This document shows positions 40,787 to 49,699 of a stretch of DNA of 64,000 nt, piece by piece (the first letter of the stretch is position 1; each line of letters starts with the position of its first letter). Location: assembly GCA_965200965.1 (NCBI GenBank), contig OZ241744.1, positions 2,688,001 through 2,752,000 of the forward strand, in the 5' to 3' direction. The DNA is from an uncultured Candidatus Binatia bacterium (lineage in GTDB: Bacteria; Desulfobacterota; Binatia; Bin18). Made by a program: the position numbers and the translations under genes. The notes below the pieces were generated by a model that saw only the letters and a program-made list of their open reading frames with translations, was not told the origin of the DNA and ran no database searches.

Positions 40787-41090
40787 AGCGTCGCCTTCAG
40801 ATAGGTGACCAAAAGCGGCTCAATCTCATAACACGTCACGGCAACTGCCTTTGGCTTTTTGCCAACTATACCTGTCCGTTCAAGGACGGCTGCTGAAAGG
40901 GACCCGACCCCAGCCCCGGGGTCGAGTAAGCGGATGTTATTGGAAAACCCCGCAAAGAGGTTCGCCATAAAGCGCCCAATTGGGGCCGGTGTCAGATATT
41001 GTCCCAAGCCCGAGCGCCGTTTTGGTCGAGTTTGAGAGACGCCTCAACGCGGTACAACTCAGCCGTATCGGCCAAGACGGCTTGATGCAT
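40787..41090 (-). pseudogene. truncated and frameshifted N6-adenine methyltransferase (PstI/BsuBI/Eco57I-like)
   Basis: MHQAVLADTAELYRVEASLKLDQ / frameshift near 41022 / RRSGLGQYLTP...LLDPGAGVGSL...YEID-like YEIE; similarity stops near 40787 with no NPPY motif. Confidence 0.75.
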
Positions 41091-41092
41091 GG

Positions 41093-42622
41093 TCAATATA
41101 CCTCCCAGCGGCCGCGCTGGTAATAGTCGTGCAGGACCGGCCGGCTCCCGTTGTTGACGCTGATGTGCGCGCTGTCGTCAAAAATGCCCTTGCCAAAATG
41201 GGTCATGGACACCATCGCGTCCTGGTTCAGGAAGCGCGTCTCAACCCGATCAAAGGACAGCCCGACAATCGCCTGCTTGAGAGCGCTCTGTTCCATCAGG
41301 CCGGCGTCCACCCCCAGTACAAAGCCCCACTCGCCCATCGTCGGAATGTGGTTGTGATAGGCCAGCGGACTCAGGCCGGCCGCCTGGAGCGTCTTGTAGA
41401 TGCACACAAAGGCCCGGCGGGTAAAAAAGGGACTTGTCGCCTGGGTAACGAGCACCCCGCCGTGTTTGAGCTGTTTCTTGCACAGACGATAGAAATTGAG
41501 CGAGTACAGCCGGGCCAGCGCCACCGAGTTCGGATCCGGCAGGTCAACGATAATCACGTCAAACAGCCGCCCGTCCGTCTGTAAAAAGGCAAACGCATCG
41601 GCGTGGACAATCTCCACCCGGGGGTCGCTGAGGGCGTTGTTGTTGAGCCGGACGAGGACCGGATGCGACGCCGCCAGCTCGGTCATGGCCGGATCGAGGT
41701 CTACCAGGGTGAGGCGGCTGACCGCCCGGTATTTGAGGACTTCACGCGCCGCCAGCCCATCTCCCCCGCCCAGAATCAGCACCTCTTGACGATGGCCGGC
41801 CAGGCTCAGGGCTGGATGCACCAGGGGTTCGTGATAGCGTTCCTCGTCATAGCTGCTGAACTGCTGGTTGCCGTTGATGTACAGCCAGTAATCGTCCCGC
41901 CAGCGGGTCATCACCAGGCGTTGGTAGGGCGTCTGTTTGACCAGGATGACGGTATCTTTGTACAGCGTTTGCTCACCAAACAGGACAATCGGCTCGGCCC
42001 ATACTGCCAGGCTGACCAGGCCGACGCTTACCCCGGCCCACAGCCCGGACATCAGCCGCGGGCGGCTGAATAAGGGCCGAAAGCGAAAGACAAACACGGA
42101 CGCAACGGCAAAGTTCACCGCCCCCAGGGCGACCGGCGTATAGCTCAGGCCGAGATAGGGCAGGGCCACAAAGGCAAACACCAGGCCGCCCGCCAAAGCT
42201 CCGTAATAGTCTTTCTCCAGGACCGAGGAGATATTTACCCGCAACTCTTCGTAGCCGGCGTTGACGCGGGTGATGAGCGGGATTTCCATGCCGATCAACA
42301 CGCCAATGGCCATTGCCAGGGGATAAATCACGACCCCCACATTGTTCACAAAGGCCGACGCGGCATAGCTGGCCGCGGCCGCACTCGCGCACAAGATCGA
42401 CAGGCCGAACTCCAGCAGGGTAAAGGTATCAAGGAGGTCGGAGCGAAAGGCGCGGCTCAGACGGCTGCCCACGCCCATAGCGAACAGCATCAGCGACACC
42501 AGCAAGGTCCACTGGAGGGTGGCGTTGCCGAGGAAATAGCTGGCCAGGGTACACAGCACGAACTCGGCCACAAGACCCGCGCAGCCGGTGGCAAACAGGC
42601 ACAGCTTCAGAATGCGGTTCAT
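41093..42622 (-). CDS. speE: membrane-anchored polyamine aminopropyltransferase (spermidine synthase)
   Basis: About 7 N-terminal TMs, TPYQ, YHEPLVHP, ILGGGDGLAAREVLK, DVIIVDLPDP. Confidence 0.92.
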   Translation of the reverse strand: MNRILKLCLFATGCAGLVAEFVLCTLASYFLGNATLQWTLLVSLMLFAMGVGSRLSRAFRSDLLDTFTLLEFGLSILCASAAAASYAASAFVNNVGVVIYPLAMAIGVLIGMEIPLITRVNAGYEELRVNISSVLEKDYYGALAGGLVFAFVALPYLGLSYTPVALGAVNFAVASVFVFRFRPLFSRPRLMSGLWAGVSVGLVSLAVWAEPIVLFGEQTLYKDTVILVKQTPYQRLVMTRWRDDYWLYINGNQQFSSYDEERYHEPLVHPALSLAGHRQEVLILGGGDGLAAREVLKYRAVSRLTLVDLDPAMTELAASHPVLVRLNNNALSDPRVEIVHADAFAFLQTDGRLFDVIIVDLPDPNSVALARLYSLNFYRLCKKQLKHGGVLVTQATSPFFTRRAFVCIYKTLQAAGLSPLAYHNHIPTMGEWGFVLGVDAGLMEQSALKQAIVGLSFDRVETRFLNQDAMVSMTHFGKGIFDDSAHISVNNGSRPVLHDYYQRGRWEVY

Positions 42623-42664
42623 CCTCTCTTCCTCATCGCCCGGTCAGGATGAACGACCTTGAGG

Positions 42665-43510
42665 CTAGACACACCAGATGATCAGGAAGGACGCACCGAT
42701 GTAGGAGAACATTTCCAGGCAGGCCACGCCGAGATGGGGCCGGTCCTGTTCAACGAGCTTGGCCGAGATACTCGTGCCGGGCAGCAGGACCTTGTCCGTT
42801 GCGAAACGCACCACCGGCAGGAAGACCAGCCCGACGAGGGCATAGCTGCCAAAGGCCATGAAGTTGCTCTGCCAGGAGAAGAAGTCCTCGCTGGCGGCAA
42901 AGCCCAGGATATTGCCCATAGCGATGAGCGCTCCGGCAAAGCTGACCCCGACCGCGACATTGTCGCGCTCAATCTCGGTATGAATGCTGTAGGGGGTGAT
43001 CCATTCGTACACCAGTCCGGTCAGCGCCAGGCCGAGTTGTCCCACGCCCCAAAAGGCCAGCGCGGTCCAGATCGTGCCGGTTTCACCCGACAGGGCACCG
43101 AACAGGATGAGACCGGTGGCGGTATACACTCCGGCTTCGGTTATGCCGGTGCCGGCGTTATGGTCGTGGATGATTTCCTTTTCGTTCTTGAACTGAAACA
43201 GAATGAGCGTGTCACTGACCACGGTTGAGATGTTGAGCAGCACGATGCCCAGGGGGCCGTACAGGAGGATATCGACCGCGTCTTCAACCAGACCGTGTGA
43301 CGGGCCGCTGAGCACCCCACCGATGGTAAACACCAGCCCCAGGTAATAGCCGACCAGGGCTAAAGCCAGGGCAACATTATCGTTGTCAATCAGCTCTTCT
43401 TTGACATGAAACCCGGGGTGCAGCAGGTCAAACACACGCTTGCCGAGCCAGAATAAGGCGTAGGCGCACAGGAGATAGAGGGGGGCCAGAATCAGGGTAT
43501 CGAGGGTCAT
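42665..43510 (-). CDS. DUF350 domain membrane protein (tandem repeats)
   Basis: Repeated E(L/I)xxxNxAxA/G motifs each followed by TM helices; adjacent to speE. Confidence 0.8.
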   Translation of the reverse strand: MTLDTLILAPLYLLCAYALFWLGKRVFDLLHPGFHVKEELIDNDNVALALALVGYYLGLVFTIGGVLSGPSHGLVEDAVDILLYGPLGIVLLNISTVVSDTLILFQFKNEKEIIHDHNAGTGITEAGVYTATGLILFGALSGETGTIWTALAFWGVGQLGLALTGLVYEWITPYSIHTEIERDNVAVGVSFAGALIAMGNILGFAASEDFFSWQSNFMAFGSYALVGLVFLPVVRFATDKVLLPGTSISAKLVEQDRPHLGVACLEMFSYIGASFLIIWCV

Positions 43511-43515
43511 GGCGT

Positions 43516-44214
43516 TTATTTGCCAAAGCCGAAGCTGCGGGAGCGCATGGACGAGCCGCTGCTGCGCCCTATCCGGTTTTGGAACTTTTGGCGAAAGCGC
43601 TGCTGACTCGCTACTTCGCGTGCCTGGCGGCGGGCAAAAAAGCCCGGGTTGCGCTGTTTGGTGCGTGTGCCGTTGGTGCCGTACTCACGGCCGGTCGGAC
43701 CGTAGTAGGGACGGTTCTGGTTCCGGTAGCCCTGGTACTGGTTGTAATCGCGGCGAAAGATTGTGCCTCCGGCCAGACCGAGCACATCTCTGAGCAGCGC
43801 GTACTTGCCGTAAAACTCCCAGAAAGAGTTGCCGCTGCTATCGGTTCTCCACTGCCCGTACTGGGTGTTGCCAACATAGTGGTAGCCGGGCGGATGGGGG
43901 GTGGTATTTTCTTGTCCCGCGGTTTTTGAGGCGAGGCTCAGGCCGAGGAAGTTTTCATTCCGGCGGTAGACCTGCTCCGAGACCTCACGCCAGCCGCTTG
44001 ACCAGACCTGCTCGCCCTGCAAGACCTTGTATTTATGGTAATATGCAGGAAAGAAGGTACCCTCCTCGCGCATGTCTTCCAACACAATGGTGTACTCGGG
44101 CGCGTCTTGTAGTTGGGCCTTGAGCTGGTCAAGGGGGGAAGAGTGGGAGGAGCAGCCTGACAGCAGGCCGATCAGGAACAGGCCGAGAAGCGGTGTGGAA
44201 AAGAGATGACGCAT
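43516..44214 (-). CDS. hypothetical lipoprotein with Gly/Ser/Arg-rich tail
   Basis: LLSG-C lipobox; PPGYxYVGNxxYGQW, SFWEFYGKY, RSRSFGFGK end. Confidence 0.8.
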   Translation of the reverse strand: MRHLFSTPLLGLFLIGLLSGCSSHSSPLDQLKAQLQDAPEYTIVLEDMREEGTFFPAYYHKYKVLQGEQVWSSGWREVSEQVYRRNENFLGLSLASKTAGQENTTPHPPGYHYVGNTQYGQWRTDSSGNSFWEFYGKYALLRDVLGLAGGTIFRRDYNQYQGYRNQNRPYYGPTGREYGTNGTRTKQRNPGFFARRQAREVASQQRFRQKFQNRIGRSSGSSMRSRSFGFGK

Positions 44215-44320
44215 TGTGTGCCCTTGTCACCAGCCACACTCAGGATGACCAAACTTGTGGCTGGCGTCAAGCTCACAGGATGAGGAAGGACGGCGCGGCA
44301 TTCCTCATCCTGCCAGGACT

Positions 44321-44671
44321 ATGTCCAGAATAGGCATCCACCTGCTGGCCGACCTGTACGGCGTAGACTTGGCTCTGCTGCGAGACGAGCGAGGGCTGCT
44401 GCGCGTCTTTCGCGCCGCGCTGACCGAGGCCGGTTTTCATGTGCTCGGCCACCTCAGCCACCGCTTTGCCGACGGCGGGCAAGGGGTGACCGGCCTGTTT
44501 CTGTTGTCCGTGTCGCACGCCACCTTTCACACCTTTCCTGAGCATGGCTATATGGCGGTGGATATTTTTTCGTGTGGAAGCGCCGACCCGTACGCGGCAC
44601 TCGGTGTCCTGACCGAGACGTTCAAGCCCCACACCGTGCGCACCCAGCAGGCCGACAGGGGGGAACGGTGA
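44321..44671 (+). CDS. speD: S-adenosylmethionine decarboxylase proenzyme homolog
   Basis: GIHLLADLYG, HRF...GVT, SHxxxHTFPE, AVDIFSCG; cleavage motif reads VSH rather than ESH. Confidence 0.85.
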   Translation: MSRIGIHLLADLYGVDLALLRDERGLLRVFRAALTEAGFHVLGHLSHRFADGGQGVTGLFLLSVSHATFHTFPEHGYMAVDIFSCGSADPYAALGVLTETFKPHTVRTQQADRGER

Positions 44672-44709
44672 AGGATGCTCTCTGCTTGACGACGAGGCAT
44701 CTTCCGGCC

Positions 44710-45681
44710 CTATTCGGCTTTCAGCTTCCTGATCTCCTCGGTCAGCTCCGGGATGGCCTGGAACAGGTCGGCCACCAAACCGTAATCAGACACATTGAAG
44801 ATCGGGGCTTCGGGGTCTTTGTTGATCGAGACGATGACCTTGGAGTCTTTCATCCCCGCCAAGTGCTGAATGGCCCCCGAGATGCCGACCGCAAAATACA
44901 GCTCAGGCGCAACCACCTTGCCGGTCTGGCCAACTTGCAGGTCATTTGGCACAAAGCCGGCATCAACCGCCGCCCGGCTGGCCCCCATTGCCGCGCCCAT
45001 CGCGTCAACGAGGGGTTCCAGATACTCCTTGAAGTTCTCCCCTGACTTGAGGCCCCGGCCGCCGGAAATCACGATACTCGCGTCGGTCAGCGTCGGACGG
45101 TCAGAGGTGATCTCGCTAAAGTCAACGAAGCGCATCTGTTGGTCAGTAGCCTCGAAGCTCACCCCGGCCTGTTCAACCGGCGAGTGGTCGCCCGGCTGGG
45201 CCGCGTCAAACGCCGTGCCGCGCACAGACACGACCTGCACCGCTCCGGCCAGAGACACAGTCGCAATAGCGTTGCCGGCATACATCGGACGCTGAAACGT
45301 ACCGTCGTCGTTGATCGCGACGATGTCGCTGGCCATCCCCACCCCGAGCCGGGCGGCGACGCGGGGGAGCACATCCTTGCCCTGGGCGGTGGACGTGGCC
45401 AGCAGGAGCGACACCTCGTTGCGAGTGATGAGCTGTTTGAGGGCCGCGGCATAGGCATCGGCCAGATAGTTGGCCAGGGCCGGGTCGTCCGCGGCCAGCA
45501 CCTTGGCCGCGCCATAGCCAGCCGCTTCCTGGGCCACATCATCCACCCCATCGCCCAGGACTGCGATGAGCACCTGTCCGCCAAGTTTGCTGGCCGCCTC
45601 TTTGCCGGCCTGAATGGCGATCAGCGTACTCTTGGGTAATTGTCCATTTTTTGTTTCGGCATACACCAGTACATTTCCCAT
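44710..45681 (-). CDS. etfA: electron transfer flavoprotein alpha subunit
   Basis: SGGRG, GASRAAVDAG, QVGQTGK, GISGAIQHLAGM. Confidence 0.96.
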   Translation of the reverse strand: MGNVLVYAETKNGQLPKSTLIAIQAGKEAASKLGGQVLIAVLGDGVDDVAQEAAGYGAAKVLAADDPALANYLADAYAAALKQLITRNEVSLLLATSTAQGKDVLPRVAARLGVGMASDIVAINDDGTFQRPMYAGNAIATVSLAGAVQVVSVRGTAFDAAQPGDHSPVEQAGVSFEATDQQMRFVDFSEITSDRPTLTDASIVISGGRGLKSGENFKEYLEPLVDAMGAAMGASRAAVDAGFVPNDLQVGQTGKVVAPELYFAVGISGAIQHLAGMKDSKVIVSINKDPEAPIFNVSDYGLVADLFQAIPELTEEIRKLKAE

Positions 45682-45709
45682 GACAGGCTCCTCAGAAGAT
45701 GAATCCGTC

Positions 45710-46465
45710 TCAGATCACTTTTGCTTCGGTGCGCAGCAGTTCAATGAGTTCCTGAACCGACCCGACGATCTGGCCGGCCTCCTTCTTGGGCGGCGGCTGG
45801 AGGGACTGCACGCTGAGGCACGGCGTGGTGTCCGCGCCGAGTTCGGCCAGCGCAATCTCGCTGATCTCTTTTTTGCGCGCCTTCATAATACCCGGCAGCG
45901 AGGCGTAGCGCGGCTCGTTGAGACGCAGGTCAGCGGTGACCAGACCCGGCAGGGCAAAGGCGACGGTTTCCAGGCCGCCGTCCACCTCGCGGACCACATC
46001 GACCGACTGGTGATCATCAGACAGCTTGACCTCAGAGGCAAATGTCGCCTGCGGCCAGCCCAGCAGGGCGGCCAGCATCTGTCCGGCCTGGTTCGAGTCG
46101 TCGTCAATCGCCTGTTTGCCCATGAGGACCAGGTCCGGGCTTTCGCTTTCGACCAGCTTGGCCAGCACCCGCGCCACGCCGAGCGGGTCAAGGTCCTGGT
46201 CGGCCAGCACCAGCACGGCCCGGTCGGCTCCCATCGCCAGCCCGGTCCGGAGTTGCTCGGTATTGACCTTGTGGCCAATGCTGGCCAGGATCACTTCACT
46301 GCCGCTGGCTTTTTCCTTGATCCGCAGCCCTTCCTCAATCGCGATCTCGTCAAAAGGGTTGATCACATACTTCACATGATCGGTGACAATTCCTGAGTTG
46401 TCGGCATTAACCCGAATCGTGGTCTCCGGGTCGGGTACCCGCTTGACTGTTACCAGTATTTTCAC
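45710..46465 (-). CDS. etfB: electron transfer flavoprotein beta subunit
   Basis: GTG start VKILVTVKRVPD, NPFDEIA, GKQAIDDD, LNEPRY. Confidence 0.96.
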   Translation of the reverse strand: MKILVTVKRVPDPETTIRVNADNSGIVTDHVKYVINPFDEIAIEEGLRIKEKASGSEVILASIGHKVNTEQLRTGLAMGADRAVLVLADQDLDPLGVARVLAKLVESESPDLVLMGKQAIDDDSNQAGQMLAALLGWPQATFASEVKLSDDHQSVDVVREVDGGLETVAFALPGLVTADLRLNEPRYASLPGIMKARKKEISEIALAELGADTTPCLSVQSLQPPPKKEAGQIVGSVQELIELLRTEAKVI

Positions 46466-47258
46466 GCTGCTTCCTCCTCTCCATGCCATGATAGCCGAGA
46501 CGGCTTGAGAGTTCGTGGCCGGCCTTGACAGCCAGCGGGATGATTTCGCGTTCCGCCCGCTCGGGGGGAATACGATAGGCCGGCCCACTCACCGCCAAAC
46601 TGCCGACAACAGTCCGCGTATAATTTTTGATCGGGACGGCAACGGTGCGCACATCGGCCATATATTCGCCGTTATCGACCGCGTAGCCCCTGGTGGCAAT
46701 CGCGCCCAGTTGCTCAAGAAGAACCGGCCGGTTGAGCATTGTCCGGTGGGTGTGCAGGCTCAACTCGTTGGACAAAACACGCTGGACCTCTTCGGCCGGC
46801 TCAAATGCCAGATGGACCTTGCCCAGCGCGGTGCAGTGCAGGGGCAGGTTTTCGCCGACCTGCGACGCAATCCGGACCGGATGGTCGGATTCCACCATAT
46901 CGAGCGGTACGACTTTGCCCTTGCGCATAACAGCCACATACGCGCTCTCGCGGCAGTCTCTGACGACATCGCTCATGATCGGCCGGGCTTGTTGCAGCAG
47001 ACCCATGTGCTGAATATAAGTCTGGCCCAACTGGAGGCACTTGGTTCCTAAACGGTAGTTCTCAGTTGCGCGGTTCTGCTCGATGTAGCCACGCGATTCC
47101 AGGCTTGCCAGAATACGGAAAACATTGTTTTTATGCAGACTCAGCCGTTTGCTCAGCTCAGTAACTCCCAGTTCCCCATCGTCATGGAACTGTTCCAGCA
47201 CATCCAAGGCGTGGGTCACGGCTTGGATGATGTAGTTACTCTTCTCACGGCGGACCAT
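46407..47258 (-). CDS. IclR family transcriptional regulator
   Basis: N-terminal HTH (GVTELSKRLSLHKNNVFRIL), PLHCTALGK, GYAVD, AVSGP. Confidence 0.92.
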   Translation of the reverse strand: MVRREKSNYIIQAVTHALDVLEQFHDDGELGVTELSKRLSLHKNNVFRILASLESRGYIEQNRATENYRLGTKCLQLGQTYIQHMGLLQQARPIMSDVVRDCRESAYVAVMRKGKVVPLDMVESDHPVRIASQVGENLPLHCTALGKVHLAFEPAEEVQRVLSNELSLHTHRTMLNRPVLLEQLGAIATRGYAVDNGEYMADVRTVAVPIKNYTRTVVGSLAVSGPAYRIPPERAEREIIPLAVKAGHELSSRLGYHGMERRKQRENTGNSQAGTRPGDHDSG

Positions 47259-47394
47259 GCTTCCTCCCTGAAGACGATTCATCCTTGCACTGCCAGGCTC
47301 TGAGCAAATGATGTTCTAATCCAGTGGATGCAATGTTGTCAACACGGCTTGTCCAGCGGCGCATCCCGGCCGGGTTCTGAGCGGGAGAAACACA

Positions 47395-48153
47395 ATGGGC
47401 GCTGATACAGCTTTTGATATTCTCAATCCGACCGGGCGTTTTCCGCTATTGCTGACCTGTGAACACGCCTCGTGTCGGGTGCCGGCCGAATACCGCGATC
47501 TGGGCCTGAGCGAGGCCGAGCTCGGCCAACATATCGGCTGGGATATTGGTGCCCGGGCCGTCCTTGAGGCCGTTGTCCAGCGACTGGACGCGCCGGCGGT
47601 CTGCTCGGGCTATTCGCGTCTGCTCATTGACTGCAACCGTGATCTGCACGCCCAGGACCTGATTGTGGCCCACAGCGACGGCACCCCCATCCCCGGCAAC
47701 CGCCACCTCTCGGCAGCCGAGCGACACCAACGTATCACCCGGTTTTACCAGCCCTACCACGACGCGATTGATGCGACCCTGCGTCGGCTGCTGGCCAGAC
47801 GCGCCGCTGTACGGCCGTCTCTCCTCAGCCTGCACAGTTTTACGCCGGCGCTGCGCGGCCAGGCCGAGCACGCGCGCGCTTTTGACATTGGGATTCTGTT
47901 TGATCGCTACCAGGACTTGGCCGTCGACCTTGCTCAGCGGCTGCGTCGGACGGGCTATCGGGTCCGCTCTAATGAGCCGTACTCCGGCTATGAGGGGCTG
48001 ATTTTCAGCGCCCACAGTCATGGCCGGCGGCATCGGCTTGTGTATCTGGAGCTGGAAATGAATAATAGCCTGCTCAGGCAGTCCGACAGCATTGGCCGGA
48101 TGGCCGAGGCCATCAGCCGGGCCTGCGCCGGGCTGTTTACCGCTGACAGCTGA
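47395..48153 (+). CDS. N-formylglutamate amidohydrolase family protein
   Basis: CEHAS, HIGWDIGA, SRLLIDCNR, SLHSFTP, NEPYS. Confidence 0.88.
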   Translation: MGADTAFDILNPTGRFPLLLTCEHASCRVPAEYRDLGLSEAELGQHIGWDIGARAVLEAVVQRLDAPAVCSGYSRLLIDCNRDLHAQDLIVAHSDGTPIPGNRHLSAAERHQRITRFYQPYHDAIDATLRRLLARRAAVRPSLLSLHSFTPALRGQAEHARAFDIGILFDRYQDLAVDLAQRLRRTGYRVRSNEPYSGYEGLIFSAHSHGRRHRLVYLELEMNNSLLRQSDSIGRMAEAISRACAGLFTADS

Positions 48154-48169
48154 GCAAAAAGGGGAGCGT

Positions 48170-49090
48170 ATGCGTATTATTCTGATTGGCCAAGCCGCGT
48201 TTGCCGAAAAAACGCTCGAGAAGTTAGTGGACAAAGGCGAAGAGGTGGTTGCCGTCTTTTGCCCGCCGGATGTGGCCGAAGGGAGGTTCGACCCGGTCAA
48301 ACAACAGGCGATTGAGTTCGGCATCCCCGTCCACCAACACAAGTCAATGAAGCGGGAGCAGGCCGAGGTGGTCAGGAAGTTTGAGGGCCTGGACGCCGAG
48401 TTGGCGATTCTGGCCTTTGTGACCCAGATTGTACCGCCGGCCGTCTTTCGTGCTCCCAAGTGGGGGAGTATCTGTTTTCATCCTTCGCTGTTGCCCAAAT
48501 ACCGCGGTCGGAGCGCGATGAACTGGACCTTGATTAACGGCGAAACCACGACCGGCCTGACCCTGTTCTGGGTTGATGAAGGGATTGATACCGGACCGAT
48601 TCTGTTGCAGAAAGCAGTCGCGGTTGATCCCGACGATACTACCGGCACGCTCTATTTCAACAAGATATTTGCGCTCGGCGTGGAGACCATTGCCGAGTCG
48701 GTTGAGCTCATCAAGGCCGGCAACCCGCCCCGGCTGGTGCAGGACGAGTCCCAGGCAAACTATGATCCGCCGTGCGGCGATGAACACGGACAGATTGACT
48801 GGTCCAAGCCGGCCCAGCAGATTTACAATCAGGTCCGGGGCTGTGACCCACAGCCCGGCGCGCACACCGCCTGGCGGGGACACATGATCCGCCTGTACGA
48901 CTGTCGGCTCCAGCCGGCCAGCGGCACGGGTGTCAGCGGACAGGTGATTGAAGTCGGTCAGGAAACTGTCAGCATTGCCGCTTCCGGGGGCACACTGGTG
49001 GCCAGGAAAATGCGCGCTCACGGCAAAAAGCTGGCCGCCGCAGAGGTGGCCAGGCAAAGCGGCTTTGGGGTTGGGGACAGGCTGGGATGA
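48170..49090 (+). CDS. formyltransferase-fold protein (Fmt / 10-formyl-THF hydrolase-like)
   Basis: HPSLLPKYRG, DEGIDTGPILLQ, C-terminal Fmt-like domain. Confidence 0.85.
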   Translation: MRIILIGQAAFAEKTLEKLVDKGEEVVAVFCPPDVAEGRFDPVKQQAIEFGIPVHQHKSMKREQAEVVRKFEGLDAELAILAFVTQIVPPAVFRAPKWGSICFHPSLLPKYRGRSAMNWTLINGETTTGLTLFWVDEGIDTGPILLQKAVAVDPDDTTGTLYFNKIFALGVETIAESVELIKAGNPPRLVQDESQANYDPPCGDEHGQIDWSKPAQQIYNQVRGCDPQPGAHTAWRGHMIRLYDCRLQPASGTGVSGQVIEVGQETVSIAASGGTLVARKMRAHGKKLAAAEVARQSGFGVGDRLG

Positions 49091-49132
49091 CCCTGAACGC
49101 GGGATGCAGAGTGAACGATGCTGCCCTTCGGA

Positions 49133-49696
49133 TCAGGAAGCGATCATGTCGTCAAGAGGCTCCAGTTCAATCAACACCTGGCCCACCTCAACCGGCTCTC
49201 CGGGCGCGACGTGAATCGTTTTCACCCTGGCCTTTCCTTCGCTGACCAGGGTGTTTTCCATTTTCATGGCTTCGAGCACCAGCAAGCTCTGGCCGGCTTG
49301 GACCTCATCGCCCGCTTCAACCCGTACTTCAAGGATTTTGCCCGGCATGGGAGAGCGGATGTCGGGCTCCCAGCCGCCGGCCTGGCTTTTGCGCCGGCGG
49401 GCGTCTTGGGCTGTGCGAAATTCGTACACCCGGCCCTCAATGGCGACCAGAATGCGGTCGCCGTGGGTGGCAACATGGGCCTGGACCGCTCGGCCGTCAA
49501 GCAAAGTGGACGATGAGTTCTTCTTGCTCAGATGGTCAGCATCGTCCGCCTTGACCAGGAGCGTGACCGCTCCGTCGCGGACCGAGATCCGCCGCGCCTG
49601 CCCGGTCTGCCCGTTCAGGCTGAACTCGAACAGGTCTCCGCTTTGGGTGTAGTCAAGGACCAGCGCCTCGTCCTGGGCGTACAGGGTGGTCTTCAT
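49133..49696 (-). CDS. biotin carboxyl carrier protein of an acyl-CoA carboxylase
   Basis: SPMPG and EAMKMEN biotinylation motif. Confidence 0.9.
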   Translation of the reverse strand: MKTTLYAQDEALVLDYTQSGDLFEFSLNGQTGQARRISVRDGAVTLLVKADDADHLSKKNSSSTLLDGRAVQAHVATHGDRILVAIEGRVYEFRTAQDARRRKSQAGGWEPDIRSPMPGKILEVRVEAGDEVQAGQSLLVLEAMKMENTLVSEGKARVKTIHVAPGEPVEVGQVLIELEPLDDMIAS

Positions 49697-49699
49697 CGG

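Noticed and set aside
40444-41007. 187-aa ORF as an intact methyltransferase
   Set aside because: Only the first ~74 aa are methylase-like; the rest is read-through into unrelated island DNA, and the 5' part is frameshifted.
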